Shown here: in pieces, positions 48,249 through 57,347 of the stretch
How positions within the stretch are numbered: position 1 is the first letter of the stretch
Layout of the letters: each line of letters opens with the position of its first letter
Assembly: GCA_965140415.1 (NCBI GenBank)
Contig: OZ223209.1
Location: 4,416,001-4,480,000 of the forward strand
Source: Myxococcota bacterium
GTDB lineage: Bacteria > Myxococcota_A > SURF-8
Direction: 5' to 3'
DNA length: 64,000 nucleotides
Program-made: the position numbers and the translations under genes
The notes under the pieces: generated by a model
What the model saw: only the letters and a program-made list of their open reading frames with translations
Told to the model about the DNA's origin: nothing
Database searches by the model: none

Positions 48249-48318
48249 ACAACGTGGCAACAAACATTCCATCCCCCTTGGCCGGTCATCCCTCTGGATG
48301 GCCGGTCCCTCCTTTATG
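48249..48318 (+). ncRNA. candidate sRNA, copy 3
   Basis: Identical to copy 1. Confidence 0.5.
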
Positions 48319-48342
48319 GGTACTTGAAAACGCACAAAACGA

Positions 48343-48371
48343 TTGAAGCATTTTCGTTTCTGCCTTACCAT
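48343..48371 (+). promoter_or_regulatory. sigma70-like promoter
   Basis: TTGAAG-17bp-TACCAT. Confidence 0.5.
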
Positions 48372-48398
48372 AAGCTTCCATACAGAAGGGAGGCTTTC

Positions 48399-48689
48399 GT
48401 GCTTTTCCAGGTACAAGTCATTCAAGCGGGACAGGAAATTTACTCCATGACATTGGATAACCCCGATGCAGCATCCCGCACGGCTCTTTACTTTACTGTC
48501 AAATACGACGGCCGCGCGGATTGCATCCTGTCCTCCAATAAAGATGGACTGCAACAGTGTTGGTATTTTGATAACGAATCTGAAGACTGGCTGGAGGCAG
48601 ACAGCGAACAACTGGCCGCACTTGCCGCCGAAAAAGACCCTATCGCAGCGACTCGGACCTTCTTCAACAACATCGGCAAAGTATTATAG
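48399..48689 (+). CDS. hypothetical protein (96 aa)
   Basis: Strong RBS GGGAGG before GTG 48399. Confidence 0.7.
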   Translation: MLFQVQVIQAGQEIYSMTLDNPDAASRTALYFTVKYDGRADCILSSNKDGLQQCWYFDNESEDWLEADSEQLAALAAEKDPIAATRTFFNNIGKVL

Positions 48690-49070
48690 GTGAAGAATCA
48701 ACGTGGCTTTTCGATGCTTCAAGCGCACCGTATGGATTCCGGCATCCAAGAACAAACCTCGAATCTTTTGATCCGTATTTAACAGCTTTCTGGATTCGTA
48801 GGCTTCCGCTTTGCTCTGTTTGGCAGACAATTCACTGAAATCGGCCAGCAATGCATCGGGACCGGTAATCGTACAGGTGATATCGACCCCTCTCTGCTGC
48901 ATTCCTGCAACGAACAAGGTGCATACATCCAACTGAGGTTGCGTCGGCTCGTAATTCTCAGCAGAAGCGGAGCCTTTTTCTTCCTGGGCGGAATCGGAGC
49001 AGCCTGCAATCGCAAGCATCATCATGCCGGCACAGAGCAAGATCGCTAACGCCAGCTTAAACACCGGCAT
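48684..49070 (-). CDS. small lipoprotein
   Basis: Signal peptide with lipobox IAGC. Confidence 0.65.
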   Translation of the reverse strand: MPVFKLALAILLCAGMMMLAIAGCSDSAQEEKGSASAENYEPTQPQLDVCTLFVAGMQQRGVDITCTITGPDALLADFSELSAKQSKAEAYESRKLLNTDQKIRGLFLDAGIHTVRLKHRKATLILHL

Positions 49071-49140
49071 TTGAGCATGACTGCCCGACCTTCGAGTTTT
49101 TATCTTCTTGATAACCATGACTTCTTTCAATGATGTGGGA

Positions 49141-50103
49141 TCAGGTTTCGGAAGTATCTTCCATATTTTCCGGCAAGACTTTTAACGGCAATACCCGATG
49201 GTGGTTCTCAAACACGCAGGGCAACATGCCGGGCTGTTCGCCATCCATATCGATATATACATCCTGATCCGACTCGGCCACGATGCGCTTGCCTCGAATC
49301 ACGCGGAACTTGGGTAATTGCAGGTGAGTCCCTTTGTAGATGTGGCTACTGCTGGCAATGATTTCGCGCTTGTTCAGATCTCCCATAATGACGACATCGA
49401 ACAGGCCATCGTCGATTTCCGCCTGCGGCGCGATCATCATGCCACCGCCATAGAAGCGACCATTCGCCACCGACACCACGTTGATGGTCAGTTCTTCGTC
49501 GAAATGATCGTCGATCTTCAAACGCACACGTTGATTTTTATATCGCAGCAGAGCCCGTAAAGTAGCCAGCAAGAAACTCATTTTGCCACCCAGCGCCTTG
49601 CTGCTGGTATTGCAAATGTGATCCACCAATCCGCTCATGCCGAAACTGGTGATATTGGCAAAATACGAGCCGGTATCCTTTCCGTCGTGATCGCGATAGC
49701 TGAAGCGCCCCACATCGATAGGACGGATATGCTCGCCTGCAATGCGTTCGATGGCGCTTTCAAGCGTTAGATCCCAACCGAAGGTCTTTCGGAAATCGCC
49801 GCCTGTACCGCGACTGATGTTGCAGAAGGCACAGTCCGGGTTGATCTGGCGTTCGCCATCGAAAAAACCGTTAACGACTTCGTTATTGGTACCGTCGCCG
49901 CCGACGGAGACAATCTGCTCGTAGCCCTTTGCCACCGCCTCACGTGTCAATTCGGTTGCCTGCCTGGGATACTCGGTAAAGGCAGAATCGAAAGCACCGA
50001 TACGCCTGCGAATGCGTTCCTCCATCAGCGGCCATGCGCGCGCTGTGGAACCATTGGCGGAATTGGGATTGACGACGATAAAGGTTTTTCGTTGACTGGT
50101 CAT
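49141..50103 (-). CDS. diacylglycerol kinase (DAGKc/YegS) family lipid kinase
   Basis: VNPNSANG, GGDGTNNEVVNG, GTGGDF, NGRFYGGG, DGE. Confidence 0.93.
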   Translation of the reverse strand: MTSQRKTFIVVNPNSANGSTARAWPLMEERIRRRIGAFDSAFTEYPRQATELTREAVAKGYEQIVSVGGDGTNNEVVNGFFDGERQINPDCAFCNISRGTGGDFRKTFGWDLTLESAIERIAGEHIRPIDVGRFSYRDHDGKDTGSYFANITSFGMSGLVDHICNTSSKALGGKMSFLLATLRALLRYKNQRVRLKIDDHFDEELTINVVSVANGRFYGGGMMIAPQAEIDDGLFDVVIMGDLNKREIIASSSHIYKGTHLQLPKFRVIRGKRIVAESDQDVYIDMDGEQPGMLPCVFENHHRVLPLKVLPENMEDTSET

Positions 50104-50121
50104 AGCCCCATTTCAATCTGT

Positions 50122-51240
50122 TCAGGTTAAACAGGCATCCAATACTTCGGCCAGTGTCTTGACCGAGGGATCATCCGCTTGGCGCACCTTTGATAGCGCC
50201 AGCGCTTCTTTGGGAGAATCGGTAACGATCAGTTCTGCGCGCACCTCAACAGCCTGGCGCAAACACTCGCGACTGATGGCGTCCGCCGCTTCCGGGAACA
50301 TCCATTCATAAACATCCAACGTCCCGCTGGGATAGCTGCTCTTCCCTTCCCACACCAAAGAAACCGGTTGATGCTTACTCACATTGTTCAATATCGCTTG
50401 CACCCGACTTTCCTCGCCAAGATAACGTGTAAGATACGCCGAGGAATGATAGGCTGGGATATCTTCTAGCTTGTTCGCTATTTCCATGCCGCTCAGATAG
50501 GAATCCAGGCATTGGCTGATGTGCATCACGCGATCCGAGAAATTGTAGCCCAACTCCAGATACAATGCCTTCAGCGTATAAACCGCTTCGGGGCTGCTGC
50601 ACACAATTAACTTGTAGTTCATCAATCGTTCGGCTACCTGTTTGGCCAATTCTTTGAATTCGCGATGAAATCCGGCGCGGTACAGCGGCAGCCCTGCACA
50701 GAAACCGGGACCGGTATAACAGGATATATAGTCGATACCCAGTTTCTCGAACAGGGAGAACGTCGCCCGGATTTCGTTTGGCAGTGCGGATAAGCTTTCC
50801 CAGTCCGGCCAATAAACCGCCTGGGCATCGTCAACGAAATACCGTTCCGGAACCAGCGTTTTCAGCGTTCCCGCCAAATCCGTTCCGTTCGGATTTTCCA
50901 TACCAACCATGGCTTCGCGCAGTTGTTGCAAACGCGGATGCACCACTCCCTTTTCGATCAGCAACGCTCGCGCATCCGTAAGCACTTCGCCCACTTCGAT
51001 TTCATGCTTGCAGTACGTCGTACACAAACGGCAGGCCAGACAGTGATACAACGGCTCCACCGTGTCATGTTCCAAGGGAACCAAGCCTTTGCGCAGCAGA
51101 TTGGCCAGCGTCATTTTAGCCCAGGGCGTTACCGCCTCGCGCTTTTCGGCATTGGATACCGGGCAGGCGAAAGTGCACAGTTTAGGGCAGTAGGTGCAGT
51201 AATCCAGCGCCTGTTTGTGCCGTTCAAGTCGCGTGATCAT
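50122..51240 (-). CDS. (Fe-S)-binding protein, GlcF/GlpC-like
   Basis: CTYCPKLCTFACP and CLACRLCTTYC, followed by degenerate CCG-like domains. Confidence 0.85.
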   Translation of the reverse strand: MITRLERHKQALDYCTYCPKLCTFACPVSNAEKREAVTPWAKMTLANLLRKGLVPLEHDTVEPLYHCLACRLCTTYCKHEIEVGEVLTDARALLIEKGVVHPRLQQLREAMVGMENPNGTDLAGTLKTLVPERYFVDDAQAVYWPDWESLSALPNEIRATFSLFEKLGIDYISCYTGPGFCAGLPLYRAGFHREFKELAKQVAERLMNYKLIVCSSPEAVYTLKALYLELGYNFSDRVMHISQCLDSYLSGMEIANKLEDIPAYHSSAYLTRYLGEESRVQAILNNVSKHQPVSLVWEGKSSYPSGTLDVYEWMFPEAADAISRECLRQAVEVRAELIVTDSPKEALALSKVRQADDPSVKTLAEVLDACLT

Positions 51241-52268
51241 GGCGTTTGAAACAGCCTTTCCATTAAAGGATCGGAGAACATCCGCTCCCAGTGTTTGTCG
51301 ATCTTGCCGCTCAAGGGCCGCAATTCAAGAACAACCGCCTGTACGTCATTGAGCAATTGCAGCAGATCTTCTACTTCCTTGGAGATCAATACCCGATCCC
51401 GTTCACCCTCATAGGAAAGCAGGCGCATCGAATACAGCGCGGCATCATGCCAGCAACCGGTCAGACTGGTCTGTACGGGATAAATGCCGGCGGCCCTGCG
51501 CGTCAACTCACGCAGCATCGCCGACACACGCGCCCAGCGAATGGATACATGCAACTGCACTTCCGCCTGTTGCTCCTCTTTAGGCGGCGCAAACAGCGCA
51601 AGACCAGAGAGCGGACCATCGTAAAAAACGTCATCAAGTCGCTCGACGGAAAGATCCTTCAAAGCCTGCACAAAGCGTGTCGTGCAGAAATCGACCACAT
51701 GCGGGTCGCCCTCGTAACCGATCTGCAACACGCAGCGGTCCGATTGCTCTTCCCCTTCCAGAAACAGCGCCTGCGAAGATTCGGCATCGTACAAGCGCAC
51801 GAACTGGGGCCGGTTCTTCTCCTGCACCTGGCGGCGCAAACAGGCCAGTGCATCGTCAACAAAGCGAAACGCCAGCGTCGTGACTCTCCCCTGTTCTGGA
51901 AGCGATTGTACGCGCAGCGTAAAACGGCGGATGTCCCCACCCCATTGCTTATTACCAGTCAGTAGATAGCGCAACCCCGGTCCGGCGGCAGAACGCGGCG
52001 ATAGCACCGTTTCAGCGATTTCTCCGCTATCGAAAGCCACCTTGACTGCCGCCAGCAGGCTTTGCGAATCGCCGTGTTTCAAATACGGCTCCAGCGCATA
52101 TCCACCGCAGAAAGCATCGGCGATGGTCAGTTCTTCGTCCGAACCGATATAACCCAGCGTAAAGCCCTTTTGCTGTAATTCCGCTTCCAACTCCAACCAG
52201 CGAAGCTCGCCAGAAACGGTGAGTAACATGGACTGCCGATCCAATTCATATTCGATGTGGTGACTCAT
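51237..52268 (-). CDS. truncated/divergent FAD-linked oxidase (VAO family) homolog
   Basis: GFTLGY, PRSAAGPGLRYLLTG, RLYD; lacks the N-terminal FAD-binding loop and the HHH motif. Confidence 0.7.
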   Translation of the reverse strand: MSHHIEYELDRQSMLLTVSGELRWLELEAELQQKGFTLGYIGSDEELTIADAFCGGYALEPYLKHGDSQSLLAAVKVAFDSGEIAETVLSPRSAAGPGLRYLLTGNKQWGGDIRRFTLRVQSLPEQGRVTTLAFRFVDDALACLRRQVQEKNRPQFVRLYDAESSQALFLEGEEQSDRCVLQIGYEGDPHVVDFCTTRFVQALKDLSVERLDDVFYDGPLSGLALFAPPKEEQQAEVQLHVSIRWARVSAMLRELTRRAAGIYPVQTSLTGCWHDAALYSMRLLSYEGERDRVLISKEVEDLLQLLNDVQAVVLELRPLSGKIDKHWERMFSDPLMERLFQTP

Positions 52269-53848
52269 GACGGCGTCCCCAGCTTTCCCGGATTCATTAC
52301 ACTTTCAGGGTCCAGTTTGGCTTTGAGCTTCTTATACAGCGGCCACAGACGGCCATACTCGGCAGGCAGCATGGCGCCCTTACTGAAACCAACTCCGTGA
52401 TGATGAGTAATAGTCGCGCTCATGGCGTGCACGGCAGATAAAGCGTTACGCCACACGCGGGCGTGTTGATGCTCCATCCGCTCGGTCGAGGAAGCCGAAG
52501 AGGCGAAGGAAAAATAGATGCAGCAGCCGTCGCGATAAGCATGGGAGAAATGCGCCATGATAAAGGCGTCCGGTGCAACCGCTTTTTTAACGGCCTGATA
52601 CAGCACCGGAACATTGCTCCAGGTCGTGGCGACTTCCATCGTATCCACCCAGCCGTCCGCATCGAAAATCTTCGACTGCTTGTAGGAGATCGCATAACGA
52701 TGCTCCAGCCAGTAGCGGGCCGGACCTTCCCCGGCATCGCGTCCGCGATTGTCCAGGCAGATCGAGCGGATCTGCCCGGCTTCGAACTGCGCCAGATCCC
52801 GCTCTCCCTCGGTCAATACCACCAGCAGGCAGCGCCCCGGAAGCTTGTCGATCAGGCGATTGAGAATCCCCGGTCGCCGCAGTGCCTGGGTTAAGGAACG
52901 ACGCTTGAGCAGGCCAAAGGCATCGCCGAACGCCTTACGCAATAGCGAAGGCATCTCCTCCTCTGCGCCCTGCTGATCTTCTCCGGGATCACCATGCGTT
53001 CCGGCGATGATCGTGTCGAACTCGTCATAGAGCCGCAACACGCAAGGTTCGTAGCCCTGCTGCATCACGCCACGCATGGCTTCCAGGCCACGCTCGATGG
53101 AAGGAAAGTGAAACGCGAGAAATTCACGATGCTTGGGCAGGGGATGTACACGCATCCAGGCACGGGTAATTACCGCAAGCGTCCCCTCCGACCCGATTAT
53201 GATCTGATTCCAGTCCGCACGCGATGCGCCACTGGAAGAAGCCGAGGTGCGATGGATGGAGCCATCCGGCAGCACGAATTCCAACGCCACTACCATATCT
53301 TCGATCTTGCCGTAGCGACTGGACATCTGCCCGGCAGAACGCGCCGCCAGATAGCCGCCCAGGGTGGAACAGTAAATCGAACTGGGAAAATGTCCCATGG
53401 TATAGCCGAGCGGATTCAGGCGACGCTCCAGGGTTTCTCCGTAGATACCCGGTCCAAGTTCCGCCACCAATGACTCGCTGTCGATGCCATGGATTTCGTC
53501 CATCCGCTTCAGGTTCAGTGCAATACCGCCGGTAAAGGGAATCGTCCCTCCACAGACGCCGCTCCCCGCTCCATACGGGATCACCGGAATCCGATGCTCA
53601 CTTGCCCAGCGCAACAATGCAGAAACTTCTTCCGCTGTGGCGGGGCTGACAACCGCATCCGGTGGATGGGGAACATGACCGCGCTTGGTCCAGAGCACGC
53701 TGCGCGGCCACATGTCGCGGGAATGAACAAGGCGATCCGCCATGGCAATGGAGACATGCTCCGCCCCAACAATCCCCGACAATTCCTCCAAATGCTCGGA
53801 GGAAAAAGTCGATGCTTTGAATAATGGCCTCACGGTTAGATCTTTCAA
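52265..53848 (-). CDS. alkyl-dihydroxyacetonephosphate synthase-like FAD oxidoreductase
   Basis: PYGAGSGVCGG, GHFPSSIYCSTLGG, GSEGTL, LRLYD, HFSHAY, THHHGVG, MNPGKL. Confidence 0.85.
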   Translation of the reverse strand: MKDLTVRPLFKASTFSSEHLEELSGIVGAEHVSIAMADRLVHSRDMWPRSVLWTKRGHVPHPPDAVVSPATAEEVSALLRWASEHRIPVIPYGAGSGVCGGTIPFTGGIALNLKRMDEIHGIDSESLVAELGPGIYGETLERRLNPLGYTMGHFPSSIYCSTLGGYLAARSAGQMSSRYGKIEDMVVALEFVLPDGSIHRTSASSSGASRADWNQIIIGSEGTLAVITRAWMRVHPLPKHREFLAFHFPSIERGLEAMRGVMQQGYEPCVLRLYDEFDTIIAGTHGDPGEDQQGAEEEMPSLLRKAFGDAFGLLKRRSLTQALRRPGILNRLIDKLPGRCLLVVLTEGERDLAQFEAGQIRSICLDNRGRDAGEGPARYWLEHRYAISYKQSKIFDADGWVDTMEVATTWSNVPVLYQAVKKAVAPDAFIMAHFSHAYRDGCCIYFSFASSASSTERMEHQHARVWRNALSAVHAMSATITHHHGVGFSKGAMLPAEYGRLWPLYKKLKAKLDPESVMNPGKLGTPS

Positions 53849-53884
53849 CGACTTGATGGTTTAGGCCAGGCGAACGGTAAAACC

Positions 53885-54388
53885 TTATTTCATCAACAGA
53901 TCGGCGGCATCGCGCACGCCTTTGATGAGCTTGTCTTCGCCGCTCACTTCGTGAGTCACACGCTTTTCGATCTTCTTGGAGACGGTGGAAATCAGGCTCA
54001 GGCTGATCACGAATGTTTTCCCGACTTTACCGATGGTTCCATTTACGAGGTAGGGCGATTCCAGCAACTTTCCAATAGCCTCATAACAGGCATCGTCATC
54101 GCAACTGCCCAATAACGCCGTCTGCTGCGCCGAAGCCAGAATGGCATTGACGTCGGAGGCGCAGATCACGTTGTACTTTTTGTGCGTCATCAGCCGCGTG
54201 CACAGCACGTCCGTCAAGGTGGCGGCAGTATCGGCATCCACACCTTTTCCACCCAGGGTTTTAATCGCCATGCGGGCAGCCGGTTCGCTCTTTTTAGCCG
54301 CCGGTTCAGCCGCTACCGCCATCTGCATCCACAACAGACATAGGGCCATCAGCACTACGATGATCGTCAAGCCAGCACGTTTCATCAT
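53885..54388 (-). CDS. secreted protein with TolB-N/CsgG-like fold
   Basis: Signal peptide; CDDDACYEAIG..LVNGTIGKVG. Confidence 0.65.
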   Translation of the reverse strand: MMKRAGLTIIVVLMALCLLWMQMAVAAEPAAKKSEPAARMAIKTLGGKGVDADTAATLTDVLCTRLMTHKKYNVICASDVNAILASAQQTALLGSCDDDACYEAIGKLLESPYLVNGTIGKVGKTFVISLSLISTVSKKIEKRVTHEVSGEDKLIKGVRDAADLLMK

Positions 54389-54450
54389 GTTTCCTCCCGC
54401 TCTTTCGGTTTGTCCGAAAAAAATAGTTCCTCATTTTGAGCAACTGATTC

Positions 54451-55275
54451 TCATTTCAAAATCACCACATCTCCGGAAGCCAATCCTTCTTCCGACCGGA
54501 TACGCGCAAGCGAACCGACCACCCGTTCGATGTGGCAACGTCCTTCGCTTCCATCCTTTTTGGCGATCCGGCAATTCATCTCCTTCGCAACTCCGTCGCG
54601 ATGACCTTTGTCGATCCAAGCCTTGACGCCTTTGACTTTCGTTACCTTTGCGCGTAACCCGACTTTCGAACTCTTCTTTGCAACCTGTTTTTTGTTGGAT
54701 GCTTCATCGTGTACCCCAAGCATCCGGCGAATATCCTGTTCGATGCGCTTGATTTCCGATGCTTCACCACCCACATACATGGTTTTGATACGGCCATCGG
54801 GCGCGATCAAAAAAGAAGCCGGCAGGTTGAATTCGTCATCGAAATAGCGCCTGGCTACGATGTTCATCCGGTCAGACAGCACAGCAAACGAAGGTTTCTG
54901 TTTCTTTACATAGCGAGTCGCTTTCTCCAAGCCTTCGCCGTCGCGATCGATATTGACCATGATCACAACCAGTCCACGATCACGGTATTTCGCCTCGATC
55001 TGCTGGATCTGCGGAAACTCGGCCATGCAGGGTTTGCACCAGGAGGCGAAAAATCCCAACAATAGCGCCTTCGCCGGAGCTTTCGCGTCCTCACCTACAT
55101 AGTTGTCCGGGTAAACAACCGATGCTTCTCCAGCCGCCGGAACCAATCGCTTCAATCCAAACGTTTCAAAGAACTGCCCGGTCTGTACTTTGCTGCCCGC
55201 CCAGGCGACGGTCGACCCGAAAAGAAGGCCAACGACCACGGCAACGAATCCTGCGTATCGACTAAATCCACTCAT
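54451..55275 (-). CDS. TlpA/ResA-family thioredoxin-like disulfide reductase with C-terminal beta domain
   Basis: FFASWCKPCMAE, LPASFLIAPDG. Confidence 0.88.
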   Translation of the reverse strand: MSGFSRYAGFVAVVVGLLFGSTVAWAGSKVQTGQFFETFGLKRLVPAAGEASVVYPDNYVGEDAKAPAKALLLGFFASWCKPCMAEFPQIQQIEAKYRDRGLVVIMVNIDRDGEGLEKATRYVKKQKPSFAVLSDRMNIVARRYFDDEFNLPASFLIAPDGRIKTMYVGGEASEIKRIEQDIRRMLGVHDEASNKKQVAKKSSKVGLRAKVTKVKGVKAWIDKGHRDGVAKEMNCRIAKKDGSEGRCHIERVVGSLARIRSEEGLASGDVVILK

Positions 55276-55536
55276 ATTTCGCCAACTTGCTTCCACGTTC
55301 GAATGTAGCTCACATCTCGATAATTGATAGATGACTCGCCTGCATCGTAGCGCGGAACGGCATGAGGCGTCAAGTTCTTATTCGGTCATGAACCCCCGCA
55401 AAAACAACAGGTTGACGCAACTTCCTCTCCTCCCAAAGGATAGCCCATGCGCCCATTCAGCCAACTGTCAAAGTTCGACCGTAAAACGGGCGCGAGTATT
55501 CAAAAGGAATGAAAAAAAGTCTCTGGATAAGGAATG

Positions 55537-56163
55537 TCAACTGCGAACGATAGACAGAATCTGCTCGCTGATCAGATCCATGGACAGGCTGCCATCCAGC
55601 ACGAACGCTTTGCTATCCTGCTTGAACAAGGCATCGTAATTGGCCACGACTTTCTCTAAAAAGTCTCTCTTTTCATAGATTTCCTTCTGGGTACGCCCCT
55701 GAATGCGTTTCAGTGCCTGCTCGGCTGAAAGTTGCAGGTACAACACCACATCCGGCTGCAAGGCCTTTTTATTCAGTTCGCGTATCCAGTCGATATCCCC
55801 CTCAACCCCTTGATAGGCGATGGTGCTGTAGTAATAGCGGTCGCAGATAACTGCCGCTCCTCGTTCCAACGCCGGAAGAATCAGCGTCTGTAAGTGATCC
55901 AGCCGATCGGCGGAAAAAAGCAGACTCATGCTGTCTGCATTCAAAGGCTGGGGACCGTCGGGACCGGGAGCGACCAGCCGCCCTCCCAGCACCTGGCGGA
56001 TCATATTGCCGATGGGACCGCTGGTGGGTTCCTGGGTATAAATAGCTTCCTGTCCCATTTCCGAAAAACGACGCACCAAGCGCCTGGCCTGGGTGGTGGT
56101 GCCTGCACCGTCGATGCCTTCCAGCACAATGAAAATGCCTTTCCGATCCGTCACGTTCATCAC
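55537..56163 (-). CDS. tmk: thymidylate kinase
   Basis: EGIDGAGTTTQ, LLFSADR, CDRYYYSTIAYQG; true start may be 56160 or 56154. Confidence 0.95.
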   Translation of the reverse strand: MMNVTDRKGIFIVLEGIDGAGTTTQARRLVRRFSEMGQEAIYTQEPTSGPIGNMIRQVLGGRLVAPGPDGPQPLNADSMSLLFSADRLDHLQTLILPALERGAAVICDRYYYSTIAYQGVEGDIDWIRELNKKALQPDVVLYLQLSAEQALKRIQGRTQKEIYEKRDFLEKVVANYDALFKQDSKAFVLDGSLSMDLISEQILSIVRS

Positions 56164-56336
56164 TCCTTGAAGCGGTTAGCGGTTTTAGGCAGTGTACCTT
56201 AACGAACGAAATGGGGATAGGAAAAAGAGATTCTTCTCCCATCACATCTGACTTTCTGGAAAACAAGCAGGATCTCTTCGTTGCCATCTCCGACGCCGGG
56301 TGCAATACAAGAAATTGCGAACCTGCTGATTACAGT

Positions 56337-56419
56337 GTGGCACGGGCCAAGCCGCATACTTGCCCGTGTTCGAGAACCACATGGGCAAGCTCCGTTTCTC
56401 TCCGCTTCGCCCACGCCAC
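56337..56419. repeat. GTGG-type REP doublet
   Basis: Similar to 9319-9401 over 83 nt. Confidence 0.75.
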
Positions 56420-56498
56420 CCGCCGCGAGAGCGAGCGATGGAGAAGGATGGCAACGGGCCATCCTCGATAGTGTGTCTTGTCCCTCTTCATAAACCGA

Positions 56499-56533
56499 CA
56501 ATCCCCGAAACGGGAAATCCGCTTCGGGGATTG
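56499..56533 (-). terminator. terminator-like hairpin after tpiA
   Basis: caatccccgaa..ttcggggattg stem. Confidence 0.6.
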
Positions 56534-56575
56534 CAAGAGGCTCACCTGCAACAAACGTTGCAGAAGTGTTCTCAA

Positions 56576-57334
56576 TCAGGCTTGCGTGAAGTTCACGATG
56601 CGTGCAAAGGAATCCACCTTCAACGACGCGCCACCCACCAGTGCGCCATCGATGTCCTTCATGGACATCAGCGTATCGACGTTATCCGGTTTGACCGAAC
56701 CGCCGTACTGGATGCGAATGGCTTCGCTGACTTCCTGGCCATAGCGCATTTCCAGTTTTTTGCGAATGAACGCATGGACATCCTGCGCCTGTTCCGGGGT
56801 CGCGGTGCGACCGGTGCCGATCGCCCAGATCGGTTCGTAAGCCACCACCAGTTTGGCCGCGTCTCCGAACGGAATGTCCTTGAAAGCTTCTTCAAGCTGG
56901 TAGCCGATCTTATCGAAGGTCATCTTGCGTTCGCGCTCATCCAACGACTCACCAACGCAAACGATTGGAATCAGACCGAATTCCAGCGCCGCCTTGATCT
57001 TGGCGTTAATAAAAGCATCCGATTCGTGAAAATACTGGCGACGCTCGGAATGCCCCAGAATCACATGGCTCATACCCATGTCCTTCAGCATTGCCGGGCT
57101 GGTTTCACCGGTATAAGCACCTTCAGCCATCGGATACAGATTCTGACCACCCACCATGATCGGGCTTCCCTTTGCCGCTTCGGCAACTGTCGCCAGCGCC
57201 ACGGCAGGCGGGCAAACCAGCGCTTCCACGCCGGAAGGCTGACCAACGGCTTCGATCAGTTCACGCACAAAGGCCGCTCCCTCTGCGGGAGTTTTGTACA
57301 TTTTCCAGTTACCGGCCATCAGTGGTGTTCTCAT
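56576..57334 (-). CDS. tpiA: triosephosphate isomerase
   Basis: AGNWKM, GHSERR, AYEPIWAIGTG, YGGSV, LVGGASL. Confidence 0.99.
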   Translation of the reverse strand: MRTPLMAGNWKMYKTPAEGAAFVRELIEAVGQPSGVEALVCPPAVALATVAEAAKGSPIMVGGQNLYPMAEGAYTGETSPAMLKDMGMSHVILGHSERRQYFHESDAFINAKIKAALEFGLIPIVCVGESLDERERKMTFDKIGYQLEEAFKDIPFGDAAKLVVAYEPIWAIGTGRTATPEQAQDVHAFIRKKLEMRYGQEVSEAIRIQYGGSVKPDNVDTLMSMKDIDGALVGGASLKVDSFARIVNFTQA

Positions 57335-57347
57335 GATTCACCTCTTC

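Larger units (their letters stand above)
47870..48318 (+). repeat. 137-bp-period tandem array: three near-identical units plus one diverged upstream hairpin
   Basis: ccggtcatcc at 47871, 48008, 48145 and 48282. Confidence 0.95.

Noticed and set aside
47870-48318. CRISPR array
   Set aside because: The unit is 137 bp, inter-hairpin sequences are near-identical rather than unique spacers, and no cas genes are in the window.
48246-48611. Minus-strand ORF and short repeat-encoded peptides (e.g. MECLLPRC)
   Set aside because: Antisense to a better ORF; the 137-bp period is not a multiple of 3, and hairpin wobble pairs favour the + strand.
47870-48689. Type III toxin-antitoxin locus (RNA repeats plus toxin)
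   Set aside because: Units are much longer than typical antitoxin repeats, and the downstream 96-aa ORF has its own promoter and no ToxN-like features I can see. Not fully excluded.
56170-56570. secG or tRNA downstream of tpiA
   Set aside because: No suitable ORF or cloverleaf seen; only a hairpin and a REP doublet.
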